Positions 28,129 through 38,138 of a stretch of DNA of 64,000 bases are shown one piece after another. This stretch comes from Methanofastidiosum sp. (GTDB taxonomy: Archaea > Methanobacteriota_B > Thermococci > Methanofastidiosales > Methanofastidiosaceae), in NCBI GenBank assembly GCA_020854815.1, contig JAHKLW010000019.1, positions 10,571 to 74,570 of the forward strand, written 5' to 3'. The notes beneath the pieces are model-generated. The model was given only the letters and a program-made list of their open reading frames with translations. It did not search any database and was not told the origin of the DNA. Position numbers and translations under genes: made by a program. Every line of letters starts with the position of its first letter. Within the stretch, counting starts at the first letter, position 1.

Positions 28129-28599
28129 GTGAATCAAATGACTTGGTTTGATGTGATGGAAGATATGAGAAAAATGCAGGAAGAAATTGAGAGAGCGTTT
28201 CCTGAGTTTTGGAGAAGAACTCCTCTGCTAATTCCTGGAGAGTCTAAAGAAGGAGAAGTAGTAAAATATAGAAGACCATTGACAGATTTGAAAGAAACTG
28301 AAAATGAATTAATAATGGTTCTTGAAATGCCCGGTATAACAAAAGATGACATTGACATAAAAGTAACAGAAGACTCAATTGAGATAAAAGCAGAAAAGAA
28401 ATATGAAACTAAGGAAGAAGATGAGAAAAAAGGATATTTTTTCCAGGAAAGAAGATATCAAGGATTTTACCGATCAATTCCATTGCCATCTGGAATAAAG
28501 GCTGAAGAAACCGAAGCTAAATTTGATAATGGCATACTAGAGATAACGATGAAGAAAGCAGAAGAAAAAGAAAAGGCGCTAAAAGTAAATGTCAAATAA
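28129..28599 (+). CDS. Small heat-shock protein (Hsp20/alpha-crystallin family)
   Basis: Alpha-crystallin domain 'ELIMVLEMPG...KAEKKYE...GFYRSIPLP...NGILEI'. Confidence 0.85.
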   Translation: MNQMTWFDVMEDMRKMQEEIERAFPEFWRRTPLLIPGESKEGEVVKYRRPLTDLKETENELIMVLEMPGITKDDIDIKVTEDSIEIKAEKKYETKEEDEKKGYFFQERRYQGFYRSIPLPSGIKAEETEAKFDNGILEITMKKAEEKEKALKVNVK

Positions 28600-28627
28600 T
28601 TTTACTTTATTTTTTTAATTATTTAGT

Positions 28628-30070
28628 CTAAACAAGTCTATGTTGAATTGGAGGTACATAACTAGCTACTTTCTTGATTTTAAAATCATTTTCTAAAAGA
28701 GATTTAATCTGTAATGGCGGAACTCCCAAGGATATTTCTCTTGTTCTCCCATATCTTCCCTTACTAACAACTTTTGCGTTTAGAATACCAAGCATATCCA
28801 GTTCTGATATCAAATCAGATACTCTTCTTTGAGTAAGATTATCAAGTTTCAAAATATTGCTTAAGTCTTTGTATATGTTAAATACATCTCCTGTAATAAT
28901 CTCCCCAGGCATGTATTTTTCTAAAAGGTATACAGAATAAAGAATAAGTTTTGATTGTGTGGGAAGTGTTTTAATTACTTCAGAAATTCTATCCTGTTCA
29001 ATTCTATCCTTTGCAACTCTTACGTGAGGTTCTGTAACTTTTTTGGCATTTTGTCTTTCAGCTATCTCACCGGCTGTTCTTAAGAGGTCAAGAGCCCTCC
29101 TAGCGTCTCCGTGCTCTTGAGCTGCGAAAGCTGCACAAAGTGGTATTACACCAGGAGTGATTGCTGATTCATTAAACGATATTTTTGACCTATCTTCCAA
29201 TATATCCATTAGTTGCGGTGCATCATAAGGCGGAAATATAATTTCCTCTTCACCAAGAGAGCTCTTCACTCTAGGGTCCAAAAACTCGATGAATTTTAAA
29301 TCATTTGAAATGCCTATGATACTGACCCTAGCGTTTTCCAAGTCCCCATTAATTCTCGTTAAATTATAAAGAACATCATCTCCTCCTTTTTTGAGGAGCT
29401 GGTCAACTTCATCAAGAATAATAATAACAAGTTTCTTTTCACTATCAAGACTCTGAGAGAAAACGTCATAGATTTTATCTGTAGGCCAACCCGTAAGGGG
29501 AACTGACTGACCAAAGTATTCGGATAATTTTGATAGTAGCCTATATTGAGTATCTACTACTTCACAATTAATATAAATAAAAGTAATTGGCATATCCATT
29601 TTAACATTTGAATTAAGATCAGGTTTTGGAAGTCCTGTATTACAATCAATTGAAGGAGAAGTTTTCAAAAATGCCTTCCCACCAACTTTTTTTACAAGGC
29701 CGTTTCCAACATATTTTACAACGACTGTTTTACCTGTCCCAGTTTTACCATAAACAAAAATATTTGAAGGTGTTTCACCTTTAAGTGCGGATACTAATAT
29801 AGCTGCAAGTTTTTCAATTTCATTTTTTCTATGTGGTAATATTTCAGGAGTATATGAATGGCGTAAAACTTCTTTATTTTTAAAAATTGAATTAGACAAA
29901 AGAAGTTCATCAAATAAGTCATCGAGTGATGATTGTTTATTTGACATGAAATCTTCAACACTTGAAGCAATAGTATATTGTAGCTCCTCTTTGTCTGAAA
30001 CTTCAGAGAAAGTTTTTGTCTTAGAATTTTCGTCGTATTTTAAAGGTATTCCTGCGTTGTCACCATTCAA
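28628..30070 (-). CDS. orc1: Orc1/Cdc6 replication initiator
   Basis: 'LPHRKNEIEKLA', Walker A 'GKTGTGKT', Walker B 'IILDEVD', a sensor region, and a C-terminal winged helix. An N-terminal extension of about 70 aa. Confidence 0.9.
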   Translation of the reverse strand: MNGDNAGIPLKYDENSKTKTFSEVSDKEELQYTIASSVEDFMSNKQSSLDDLFDELLLSNSIFKNKEVLRHSYTPEILPHRKNEIEKLAAILVSALKGETPSNIFVYGKTGTGKTVVVKYVGNGLVKKVGGKAFLKTSPSIDCNTGLPKPDLNSNVKMDMPITFIYINCEVVDTQYRLLSKLSEYFGQSVPLTGWPTDKIYDVFSQSLDSEKKLVIIILDEVDQLLKKGGDDVLYNLTRINGDLENARVSIIGISNDLKFIEFLDPRVKSSLGEEEIIFPPYDAPQLMDILEDRSKISFNESAITPGVIPLCAAFAAQEHGDARRALDLLRTAGEIAERQNAKKVTEPHVRVAKDRIEQDRISEVIKTLPTQSKLILYSVYLLEKYMPGEIITGDVFNIYKDLSNILKLDNLTQRRVSDLISELDMLGILNAKVVSKGRYGRTREISLGVPPLQIKSLLENDFKIKKVASYVPPIQHRLV

Positions 30071-30119
30071 TTATATCACACTACTACTTTACTAATAACT
30101 ATCCTTTTTATATATTTCT

Positions 30120-30145
30120 CCCACCCCCTTATTTCCTTTGGAGAT
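30120..30145 (-). repeat. Origin recognition box (ORB-like) 1
   Basis: The reverse complement ATCTCCAAAGGAAATAAGGGGGTGGG carries a TCCA..GGA dyad plus a G-string, like archaeal ORB elements. Confidence 0.55.
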
Positions 30146-30149
30146 TTAC

Positions 30150-30395
30150 TTTAATAAAAAAAATTTGATTGAAAAGAAAAGAATCTGCACTATTTTAAAG
30201 AAACAGAGGTTAATTTGGCCTTTTCTATAATAATATCTTTTAGTTAAAATTTAAGATTATATAGATTTAATCTGTGTTTGTTTGCTCAAATGATTTTTAT
30301 GATAGGAAAAATTTATATAGTTAAAAAAACATATTTAATTAGGAATCTATAAAAATTTGTATTAGTTAGTAAAAACAAATAATAAAAATTTGTTT
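30150..30395. other. AT-rich duplex unwinding element of predicted oriC
   Basis: About 245 bp of more than 85% A+T, lying between inverted ORB-like boxes and next to orc1. Confidence 0.5.
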
Positions 30396-30420
30396 CGAGT
30401 GGAAGTAGAGGGGTATCCCT
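30396..30420 (+). repeat. ORB-like box 2 (mini-ORB)
   Basis: CGAGTGGAAGTAGAGGGGTATCCC shares a GGAAnTA..GGGGT core with box 1, in the opposite orientation. Confidence 0.5.
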
Positions 30421-30458
30421 GTAAATAATAATTTAAATGAATATTCCATTATTCTATT

Positions 30459-31355
30459 ATGCAAGACAATGATACTTACTTTGAAAGCTATCAAAAAGCT
30501 GGAGATATACTTAAGATTGTAAAAGAAGAATCAAGAAAACTAGTTTTAAATAATTACAAAGTAGTTGACTTGGTAGAATTTATAGAAAATAAAGTCATTG
30601 AAATGGGTGGGCTGCCAGCCTTTCCATGTAATATTTCTATTAATAGCGTAGCTGCACATTATACTCCGAATATCGATTCAGATTTAGTTCTTAAGAGTGG
30701 CGATTATGTAAAGATCGATATTGGATGCCATATCGATGGATGTATTGCTGATACTGCATATACTGTTAAAGTCGATGAGAATGATGATGATCTTATAAAG
30801 GCTTCACAAGAGGCCTTAAAAAACGCAATAGCAGCAGTCGAACCCGGCGTTAAGACCAATTATATTGGAAAGATAATAGAAGAAACAATTAAAGATTTTA
30901 ATTTTAATCCGATAAAAGAACTTTGTGGTCATGGTCTTAGGCCTTATGTTCTCCATTCAGGGATCACAATACCAAATTACAATAGTAACATTGGAACAAA
31001 ACTTAAGGAAGGAGACACTTTAGCAATAGAGCCTTTTGCATCCACTAAAGCTGGAAAGCTTAAGACTTCTGAAGAAGTTTACATTTTTAAATATCTTCAA
31101 GATAGACCCCTAAGAGATCCTGGCTCAAAGAAACTATTGAATGTTATTAAACAAAACTATAGAACTTTGCCTTTTGCAGAGAGATGGCTTGAAAAAAATC
31201 ATGCTGGCCTTAAAATTAACTTCTCTTTGAGAACACTTATTAGGGCAAATGTTATTTATCCTTATAATGTATTATTAGATAGTGAAGGAGGATTGGTGTC
31301 TCAGGCTGAAAATAGCTTGATTGTAACTTCAAGTGGCTGTGAAGTATACACCTAG
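30459..31355 (+). CDS. map: Methionine aminopeptidase, type 2 (archaeal)
   Basis: Pita-bread fold motifs 'AAHYTP', 'DYVKIDIGCHIDG', 'GHGL', and the typical archaeal size of 298 aa. Confidence 0.85.
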   Translation: MQDNDTYFESYQKAGDILKIVKEESRKLVLNNYKVVDLVEFIENKVIEMGGLPAFPCNISINSVAAHYTPNIDSDLVLKSGDYVKIDIGCHIDGCIADTAYTVKVDENDDDLIKASQEALKNAIAAVEPGVKTNYIGKIIEETIKDFNFNPIKELCGHGLRPYVLHSGITIPNYNSNIGTKLKEGDTLAIEPFASTKAGKLKTSEEVYIFKYLQDRPLRDPGSKKLLNVIKQNYRTLPFAERWLEKNHAGLKINFSLRTLIRANVIYPYNVLLDSEGGLVSQAENSLIVTSSGCEVYT

Positions 31356-31369
31356 ATAATATGATATGT

Positions 31370-31498
31370 ATGATTTGTGGAAAACAGGTCATTTACCCAT
31401 ATATATGCAGACTTTGTGGAAGAACAATATGCATATCATGTGTTTTAGAAGGGCAAATCTGCAAAGAATGCATAAAAACTGGAAAAAAATTTAAATAA
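31370..31498 (+). CDS. Possible 42-aa zinc-ribbon mini-protein
   Basis: Seven Cys in CxxC-type spacing (MICGKQVIYPYICRLCGRTICISCVLEGQICKECIK...). It is absent from the ORF track because of its size, and an overlapping alternative frame is also open. Confidence 0.3.
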   Translation: MICGKQVIYPYICRLCGRTICISCVLEGQICKECIKTGKKFK

Positions 31499-31597
31499 AA
31501 TATACTATTCGTTATATTTATTTAAACATATCGCTAATTCCGAAACTCTTTTATATGAATAATTATTAACAAAACACAATCCTAGGGGGTAATTTTA

Positions 31598-31999
31598 ATG
31601 AAACACATTGTTTTCGACGAAAAGAAATGCGCCGGTTGTAACCTCTGTGAATTATTTTGTTCATCCAAGTGGTACGATGCATTTAATCCAAGAAAATCTA
31701 GAATTAGAATTAAAACGGAAGATTATGTTGAGCCTAACTATAGCGTTTGTTTACAGTGCGACGATGCCCCATGTGTCGAAGCATGTCCAACAGATGCATT
31801 AGTAATTGATCAAGACTTAGAAAGAGTCGTTCTCATTGAAGATTTATGTATTGGTTGTAGATTATGTGTTAGAGCCTGCCCGTATGATGGTATTTATTGG
31901 CATAAAGATTACAAACTCCCAATTAAATGTAATTTATGTGAAGGGGATCCCGAATGCGTAAAGATATGTCCCAAAAAAGCCCTTGAGGTAGGTGAATAA
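31598..31999 (+). CDS. 4Fe-4S ferredoxin (polyferredoxin, 4 Cys clusters)
   Basis: Four CxxCxxCxxxCP-type motifs. The stop overlaps the aor start. Confidence 0.85.
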   Translation: MKHIVFDEKKCAGCNLCELFCSSKWYDAFNPRKSRIRIKTEDYVEPNYSVCLQCDDAPCVEACPTDALVIDQDLERVVLIEDLCIGCRLCVRACPYDGIYWHKDYKLPIKCNLCEGDPECVKICPKKALEVGE

Positions 32000-33818
32000 A
32001 ATGATTTATAGTTATACAGGTAAAATATTACATATAGATCTTACAACAGGAAAAACTGAAGTAGAAACTCCAAATGAACAATTTTATAGAAAATGGCTTG
32101 GTGGAAATGGATTTGTTATAAAATACCTTTATGATGGTCTAAAAAAAGGAACTGATCCTCTAGCTCCTGAAGCAGTTTCTGTTTTTGCATCTGGCCCTTT
32201 GAGTGGTACTTTGTCGCACGGTGCAGGTAGAACCCACTTTGGAGCGAAATCTCCTCAGACGGGATTACTTGCCGATAGTAGCGCTGGTGGAGGGCTTTCT
32301 GCAATGTTAAAATATGCAGGATATGACGCAGTTGTAATTAAAGGAAAAGCTGCTTCACCCGTAATGATAGTTATTAATAACGATAAAGTTGAGATAAGAG
32401 AAGCAGAGCGATTCTGGGGGCTTTTGACAATAGAAACACAACACAGACTCAAAAAAGAATTAACGCCAGAATATAAAATAGCCTGTATAGGACCAGCAGG
32501 TGAAAAGTTGGTACCTATGACTTCAGTTATTACTGATACTAGAGTTGCCGGAAGAAGTGGTAACGGGGCTGTTTGGGGATCAAAGAATCTTAAAGCTGTA
32601 GCTATATATGGGGACAACGACGTTAAAGTAGCGGACATGGAAAAAGTAAAAACATTATATGCTGAATTTGCTCAGAAGGCGAAGGAAACTTTAGTAGGTC
32701 TTTCAAAATACGGAACTACCGCTCTCCCTGCAAGTATTAATGCATTTGGAGGTATGGGAACAAGAAATAATCAGTTCGAAATATTTGAGCATGTTGATGG
32801 GATCGGAGGAGAAACACTTAATACCCAACATTTAATTAGACATAGATCATGTTTTAGTTGCTGTATCCACTGTGCAAAAGACTTCAAAGTCAACAAATGG
32901 GACAGTGTTTCTGAAGGGCCTGAATATGAAACTCAATTTTCTTATGGTAGTATGCCAGCTATAGCTGACGCTGATTATGTAATTGCGGCAGACAGACTTT
33001 CAGATGAGTATGGAATAGATACCATTTCTACAGGCGTAACTGCTTCAATGGTCATGGAGTTAATGGAGAGAGGTCTCTTAACAGAAAAGGACACTGGTGG
33101 CAAAACATACAAATTTGGCAATGGGGAAGATCTCTTAGAACTAGTTAGAATAATTGGAGAAAAGAGAGGGAAATTTGGAGAATTACTTGGAAAAGGGACA
33201 AGAGCACTAGCAGAAAAATTAGGCGGCGACGCTTATAAGTACGCATATAATGTTAAAGGCCTTGAACCTGCAGGTCACTCCCCAAGAGCCCAAAAGACAA
33301 TGTCGGTAGGATATGCAACCTCACCAAGAGGAGGAAGCCACCACGATGCAAGACCAATTGAATATGGATTACCTCCTGAGAAGAGAAACACGACAGAAGG
33401 GAGAGCATTGAATGCTTTTAATACACAGAACTGGACATGCCTAGGGGATTCACTTGTAGTTTGCCACTTTGAAGAGAAGATATATGGCACATCTGTTGCT
33501 CAAGTGCATTCGGACTGGATAAATGCAGTAACTGGGTGGGACACAACTCTTGACGAAGTAAAATTAATGGCAGAGAGAATATATAATCTTGAAAGATTAT
33601 TTACTATCAGAGAATCGGGAAAAGCAAGAACTGGTGACACGCTTCCATGGAGAGTCATGAACGAGCCAATCCCATCAGGAACTTCAAAAGGAATGTATAC
33701 TACACAAGAAGAACTTGACAAAATGCTCGATGAATACTATGATCTTAGGGGCTGGGACAGAAAAGGAGTTCCAACAAAGGCAACATTAAAAAGACTTGGA
33801 TTAGAAGAGTACTCTTAA
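31992..33818 (+). CDS. aor: Aldehyde:ferredoxin oxidoreductase (tungsten-containing AOR family)
   Basis: N-terminal 'YTGKILHIDLTTGK...WLGGNGF', a C-x-x-C cluster, and the full-length AOR pattern at 608 aa. Confidence 0.9.
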   Translation: MNKMIYSYTGKILHIDLTTGKTEVETPNEQFYRKWLGGNGFVIKYLYDGLKKGTDPLAPEAVSVFASGPLSGTLSHGAGRTHFGAKSPQTGLLADSSAGGGLSAMLKYAGYDAVVIKGKAASPVMIVINNDKVEIREAERFWGLLTIETQHRLKKELTPEYKIACIGPAGEKLVPMTSVITDTRVAGRSGNGAVWGSKNLKAVAIYGDNDVKVADMEKVKTLYAEFAQKAKETLVGLSKYGTTALPASINAFGGMGTRNNQFEIFEHVDGIGGETLNTQHLIRHRSCFSCCIHCAKDFKVNKWDSVSEGPEYETQFSYGSMPAIADADYVIAADRLSDEYGIDTISTGVTASMVMELMERGLLTEKDTGGKTYKFGNGEDLLELVRIIGEKRGKFGELLGKGTRALAEKLGGDAYKYAYNVKGLEPAGHSPRAQKTMSVGYATSPRGGSHHDARPIEYGLPPEKRNTTEGRALNAFNTQNWTCLGDSLVVCHFEEKIYGTSVAQVHSDWINAVTGWDTTLDEVKLMAERIYNLERLFTIRESGKARTGDTLPWRVMNEPIPSGTSKGMYTTQEELDKMLDEYYDLRGWDRKGVPTKATLKRLGLEEYS

Positions 33819-33954
33819 AAAAATATATTTTTCTATTTTAATTAATTTTTAAATCAACTATTTTTATATTATATTTCATTAATATCTCTTTAATTACTCA
33901 GTTTATTAATAATAGAAAAGTTTATATATAAACTAATAATTATATGTTTAAATA

Positions 33955-35073
33955 GTGGTAGTTATTATGAAGGATAAATCATTTTTCATAGTTTTAATTT
34001 TATTTTTCTTAGGAATATTTTTCATGCCAATCAATTCTCCAGTATTTCAAGAATCATTATTTAGCGCCTTTTACCTTCTTCACGACTATGCAAGATTACA
34101 TTTTCTGACATGTTTAGTTCCTGCAATGTTTATCGCTGGCGCAATAAGTATTTTTGTAAAAAAAGATGTTGTATTGAAATATCTTGGCAGTGAAAGTAGT
34201 AAACTTTATTCTTATTCAATAGCATCTGTTTCAGGATCTATACTTGCGGTATGTTCTTGTACCATACTCCCACTATTTGCATCAATTAGGAAAAGAGGTG
34301 CAGGATTAGGGCCTGCAATAACTTTCTTGTTTTCAGGACCTGCAATAAATATCGCCGCTATATTTCTTACTTTTAGTGTTTTAGGATTTGATATTGGATT
34401 AGCTAGAGTTATTTCTGCAGTTGGGCTGTCCATTATTGTTGGTTTATCAATGGCCTTAATTTTTAGAGAGAGATCGGAAGGTGGCAAACTTTATTTAGAA
34501 GAAAGTGCACAAGTTTCAGTTTCCTCAAAAATATTATCTATGTTTTTCTTATCATTAATAATGATCCTAGTAGTAAATGGTTTATCAATAGGCCTGCCTC
34601 TGAAATATACTCTCACAGGGATTCTAGTTTTAATCGTGGCTTTAATCGTGATTTTTAAGTTTTCTAAAGAAACTTCAAAGTCATGGCTCAATGAAACATG
34701 GCATTTTGCAAAAATGTTAATCCCTCTTCTTTTTATTGGTGTCTTTATAGCCGGATTCATAATGCCATTACTCCCACAACATTTGATAGAGCAGATAGTA
34801 GGTAAAAATAATCTCTTAGGAAATCTAATCGCTTCTGTCTTTGGAGCATTTATGTACTTCTCAACGTTGACTGAAATACCTATATTACAAGCACTAATAT
34901 CAAAAGGAATGGCCAAAGGCCCAGCTCTGGCCTTATTATTGGCTGGCCCTAGTTTGAGTTTACCTAATATGCTCGTGATTAGAAGGGTATTGGGTTCCAA
35001 AAGAACTATAGTTTATGTAATCCTAGTTGTTATATACTCCACAATCGCCGGATTTATATTTGGTATTTTATAA
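33955..35073 (+). CDS. Predicted permease (DUF318/UPF0718-like, 2x duplicated TM domain)
   Basis: About 10 TM helices and an internal 'SGSILAVCSCTILP' motif. This family often neighbours ArsR and redox-active disulfide proteins. Confidence 0.5.
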   Translation: MVVIMKDKSFFIVLILFFLGIFFMPINSPVFQESLFSAFYLLHDYARLHFLTCLVPAMFIAGAISIFVKKDVVLKYLGSESSKLYSYSIASVSGSILAVCSCTILPLFASIRKRGAGLGPAITFLFSGPAINIAAIFLTFSVLGFDIGLARVISAVGLSIIVGLSMALIFRERSEGGKLYLEESAQVSVSSKILSMFFLSLIMILVVNGLSIGLPLKYTLTGILVLIVALIVIFKFSKETSKSWLNETWHFAKMLIPLLFIGVFIAGFIMPLLPQHLIEQIVGKNNLLGNLIASVFGAFMYFSTLTEIPILQALISKGMAKGPALALLLAGPSLSLPNMLVIRRVLGSKRTIVYVILVVIYSTIAGFIFGIL

Positions 35074-35108
35074 TTTCTTATTGTTAAATATGTATAAATA
35101 TTTTATGA

Positions 35109-35558
35109 TTATGGCATCAAAACTTTGTCTATAGTATAGATTATTCCATTTGAGCAGCTTATATCCGGACTTATAACTGTTGAATTTTCAAGTTTGACAG
35201 TTTCAACGTCATTTGCGCAAAAACATAATATTGTTGGGGTCAGACTAACATCTTTCCCATTTAGGGTGATTAACTTATTTTTTTCTTCCTTCTTTATTTC
35301 TGCTATTTTTATAAGATCAGATACGGTGTATTTACCAGATACTATGTGAAACTTCAATATTTCTTCTAATTTAGTTTTATTATTTAAGAAATCCTTTAGG
35401 TCTCCTTCTTCTATTGTTGCAAATGCACTATCTTGTGGAACAAAGACTGTAAATGGACCATGGCTTGTTAAAAAATCCATTAATCCAGCAATTTTTACTG
35501 CATTGACAAAAGTATTAAAAATTCCTATATCTATAATAGTTTCAATAATATTCTTCAT
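35109..35558 (-). CDS. Fasciclin (FAS1) domain protein
   Basis: 'GPFTVFVPQDSAF' and 'LKFHIV...TLNG' FAS1 signatures. Confidence 0.7.
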   Translation of the reverse strand: MKNIIETIIDIGIFNTFVNAVKIAGLMDFLTSHGPFTVFVPQDSAFATIEEGDLKDFLNNKTKLEEILKFHIVSGKYTVSDLIKIAEIKKEEKNKLITLNGKDVSLTPTILCFCANDVETVKLENSTVISPDISCSNGIIYTIDKVLMP

Positions 35559-35600
35559 TAGATAACTTCCTATAGGGCTGTGATTATAAATTATATTTAA

Positions 35601-35924
35601 TTATTTCTTACATTCACAGTTTATGTTACCTTTTAGTATTTCTTTCCAATCCCCTAGTATATCATGTGTCCAACAATCGTCGGCGCCTGCAGCTTCTCTC
35701 ATCACCAAAGCAAAAATATAACTGAGTTCCTTTACTGTTGCCCCCGCTTCTAGAGCCCCTTTGAAATGTTTTAAGACACATGGTTTTGATCTAGCCTTAA
35801 TAGAAAGTGCAAAGCATATGAACTGATACGTCTTCTCATCTATTGTTCTTTTATCTTTGTATAGTTCGTCCATCTCGTCTAATAATTTTGTAAATTCAGG
35901 GAAGAATTCTTCTAACATTCTCAT
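35601..35924 (-). CDS. Carboxymuconolactone decarboxylase / AhpD-like family protein
   Basis: 107 aa with an AhpD-like helical core and a 'CxxH' region ('CWTHD'). Confidence 0.55.
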   Translation of the reverse strand: MRMLEEFFPEFTKLLDEMDELYKDKRTIDEKTYQFICFALSIKARSKPCVLKHFKGALEAGATVKELSYIFALVMREAAGADDCWTHDILGDWKEILKGNINCECKK

Positions 35925-35938
35925 ATATAATCCTCCAA

Positions 35939-36157
35939 TTATTTGATTCCAAGAATCTTATTAAGTTCCTCTTCTGATGGATTTCCAACTTTTACAACTT
36001 TTCCATCTATTAATATTGCTGGGCTACCCATTATACCTTCATTGATAAGATCATTAATATCAGAGCTGTATTCAACACTTGCATTTATTTTTTCCTCGTT
36101 TGCCATTCTTTTTATTTTTTCATACAGATTTTCGCACGTTGCACATCCACTTCCCAA
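35939..36157 (-). CDS. Thioredoxin-like small redox-active disulfide protein
   Basis: 72 aa, 'GSGCATCEN' CxxC and 'MGSPAILIDGKVV', a glutaredoxin/thioredoxin-fold mini-protein. Confidence 0.7.
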   Translation of the reverse strand: MGSGCATCENLYEKIKRMANEEKINASVEYSSDINDLINEGIMGSPAILIDGKVVKVGNPSEEELNKILGIK

Positions 36158-36176
36158 AACTTTTATTTTTATAGAA

Positions 36177-36449
36177 TCAATCCTCCTTATTTACTATATT
36201 TAGAATTTTCCCAACCCTAGGGTCTTTTATTTTATATAATATTTTTTTTCCATCTCTTCTTGATTCAATAATGTCCCAATCTTGTAATTTTGAGAGGTGC
36301 ATAGAAGTATTTGGCTGAGATCTTTTTATCAATTCAGGTATTTCACATGCACATCGTTCTCCAGAGACAAGTATACTTAGGATTTTGTATCTTGTAGCCT
36401 CTCCCATACCTTTAAGAAGTAGGATATTTCTTTTTTCATTTGAAGTCAT
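36177..36449 (-). CDS. ArsR/SmtB-family transcriptional regulator
   Basis: 'ATRYKILSILVSGERCACEI' HTH with a CxC metal/redox site. Confidence 0.8.
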   Translation of the reverse strand: MTSNEKRNILLLKGMGEATRYKILSILVSGERCACEIPELIKRSQPNTSMHLSKLQDWDIIESRRDGKKILYKIKDPRVGKILNIVNKED

Positions 36450-36650
36450 GTGCCATTATTTATATATTGATATATAAAGTTTTTCAAAAATATTTTCAAA
36501 AGATGATTTGTTGGATTAAATTATAAAACAATCTTTGATTTTGAATTATCAAAAACGTATTGTTTTGGATAATACCAAAATATTTATAAATATATTATAA
36601 ATAACTACTTATATGTTTATATATGAAATGCTACTCTGGAGGAATAAATA

Positions 36651-37148
36651 ATGAGAAAATACTTATCAATCCTTCTTATAATTACAACTTTATTAATATT
36701 TTCTGCATGTGTTAGCAACAGCGCAGAGAAGCCACAAACGAATACACAACCAAATACAAATCAAGGAAACACTAACACTGTTCCAGAAAAAGTAAATGTA
36801 TTAAAAGTTGAAGTAATTCATTTTCATCCAAGAGTAGGATGTGTCAGTTGTACTACATTAGGTGCATACACAGAAGAAACAGTTAATAAATATTTTTCAA
36901 AAGAGCTCCAATCTGGAAGAATTACTTTTAGACATGTTAATTATGAGCTAACAGAAAATCAGGAACTTGTCTTATTATATAGACCACCCGGCTCTGCATT
37001 GTGTATAGGGGTATACGATGATCAAGGTCACCTTTTCATTGAAGAAAACTATGGTGGCTGGTATCGACTTAACAATAAAGATACTTTTTTTCCCTATATG
37101 AAACAGCTTATTGAAATGAGACTGAATGGGGATCTTACCAAAATATAA
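36651..37148 (+). CDS. Lipoprotein with CxxC motif
   Basis: Signal peptide plus lipobox 'IFSAC', and 'VGCVSCTT'. Confidence 0.4.
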   Translation: MRKYLSILLIITTLLIFSACVSNSAEKPQTNTQPNTNQGNTNTVPEKVNVLKVEVIHFHPRVGCVSCTTLGAYTEETVNKYFSKELQSGRITFRHVNYELTENQELVLLYRPPGSALCIGVYDDQGHLFIEENYGGWYRLNNKDTFFPYMKQLIEMRLNGDLTKI

Positions 37149-37172
37149 TAGTCCTTTTTTATTGGTGATATT

Positions 37173-38138
37173 GTGGATCAATCTAACAATGATAAGATGC
37201 TGGATGATAAAATTCAACACTTGACAAAGTTATATCTTTCTCATGCTATTTCCAAAGACGAATTTGAATCTAGAAAGAAAGGGATACTGGCCTCATATTC
37301 GACAGATGTTATTAAAGACGAGAACAAAGAACTCCCTACAAAAAATAAATATCCAAATAAAATTTTATTAATAATTCCATTATTTGTTTTAATTATTGGG
37401 GCAGGATATTTATTCTTTACCAAAGGAAATACTATATCTTTAATGCCTTTATTTGAATCTTTAGGTAGAAGTAATATTCCTCTTATAGCAGCTTTCTTCA
37501 TAGGTTTAATGACTACAATAAGTCCGTGCCCACTTGCAACTAACATCACCGCTATAGCTTATATCTCTAAAAAAATAGGGAATAGTAAACACACAATTCT
37601 GGTAGGTATTATTTATACTATTGGTAGAATGATTGTATACATAGGTATAGCCGCAGTAATAGTATGGATTGGAATTAGTACATTTTCAATATCAATTATG
37701 CTTCAAAAATATGGGAAATTACTTTTAGGGCCACTTATGTTAGTTTTTGGTATTTTAATGCTTAACATCATCAATATTAGTTTTGGGAAAAGTAGCGAAA
37801 GAATGTCTAAGCTTAAGGAATATTTGTCTGAGAAAGGACTAATTGGGAGTCTATTATTGGGAATGTTATTCGCTTTAGCGTTCTGCCCAATAAGCGGTGT
37901 ATTTTACTTTGGCATGCTTATACCTTTGGCACTTCAGAACAGTGATCCAATCCTTATACCTTCGATATTTGCAATTGCAACAGGATTACCTGTAATCATA
38001 TTTTCACTAATATTAGTTTTCAGTGTTTCAAAGATTGGAGATGTTATGAAAAAAGTCCAAACTTTTGAAAAGTGGATGAGAAAAGCCGTTGCATTTATAT
38101 TTATTTTAGTTGGGGTCTATTATATGTTCCTTATATGA
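37173..38138 (+). CDS. CcdA/DsbD-family thiol:disulfide transporter with N-terminal SHOCT-like segment
   Basis: TM core 'LMTTISPCPLATNITAIAYIS' (DsbD_2 family) with 6 TM helices. The N-terminal 60 aa, 'ISKDEFESRKKGILASY', resembles a SHOCT motif. Confidence 0.6.
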   Translation: MDQSNNDKMLDDKIQHLTKLYLSHAISKDEFESRKKGILASYSTDVIKDENKELPTKNKYPNKILLIIPLFVLIIGAGYLFFTKGNTISLMPLFESLGRSNIPLIAAFFIGLMTTISPCPLATNITAIAYISKKIGNSKHTILVGIIYTIGRMIVYIGIAAVIVWIGISTFSISIMLQKYGKLLLGPLMLVFGILMLNIINISFGKSSERMSKLKEYLSEKGLIGSLLLGMLFALAFCPISGVFYFGMLIPLALQNSDPILIPSIFAIATGLPVIIFSLILVFSVSKIGDVMKKVQTFEKWMRKAVAFIFILVGVYYMFLI

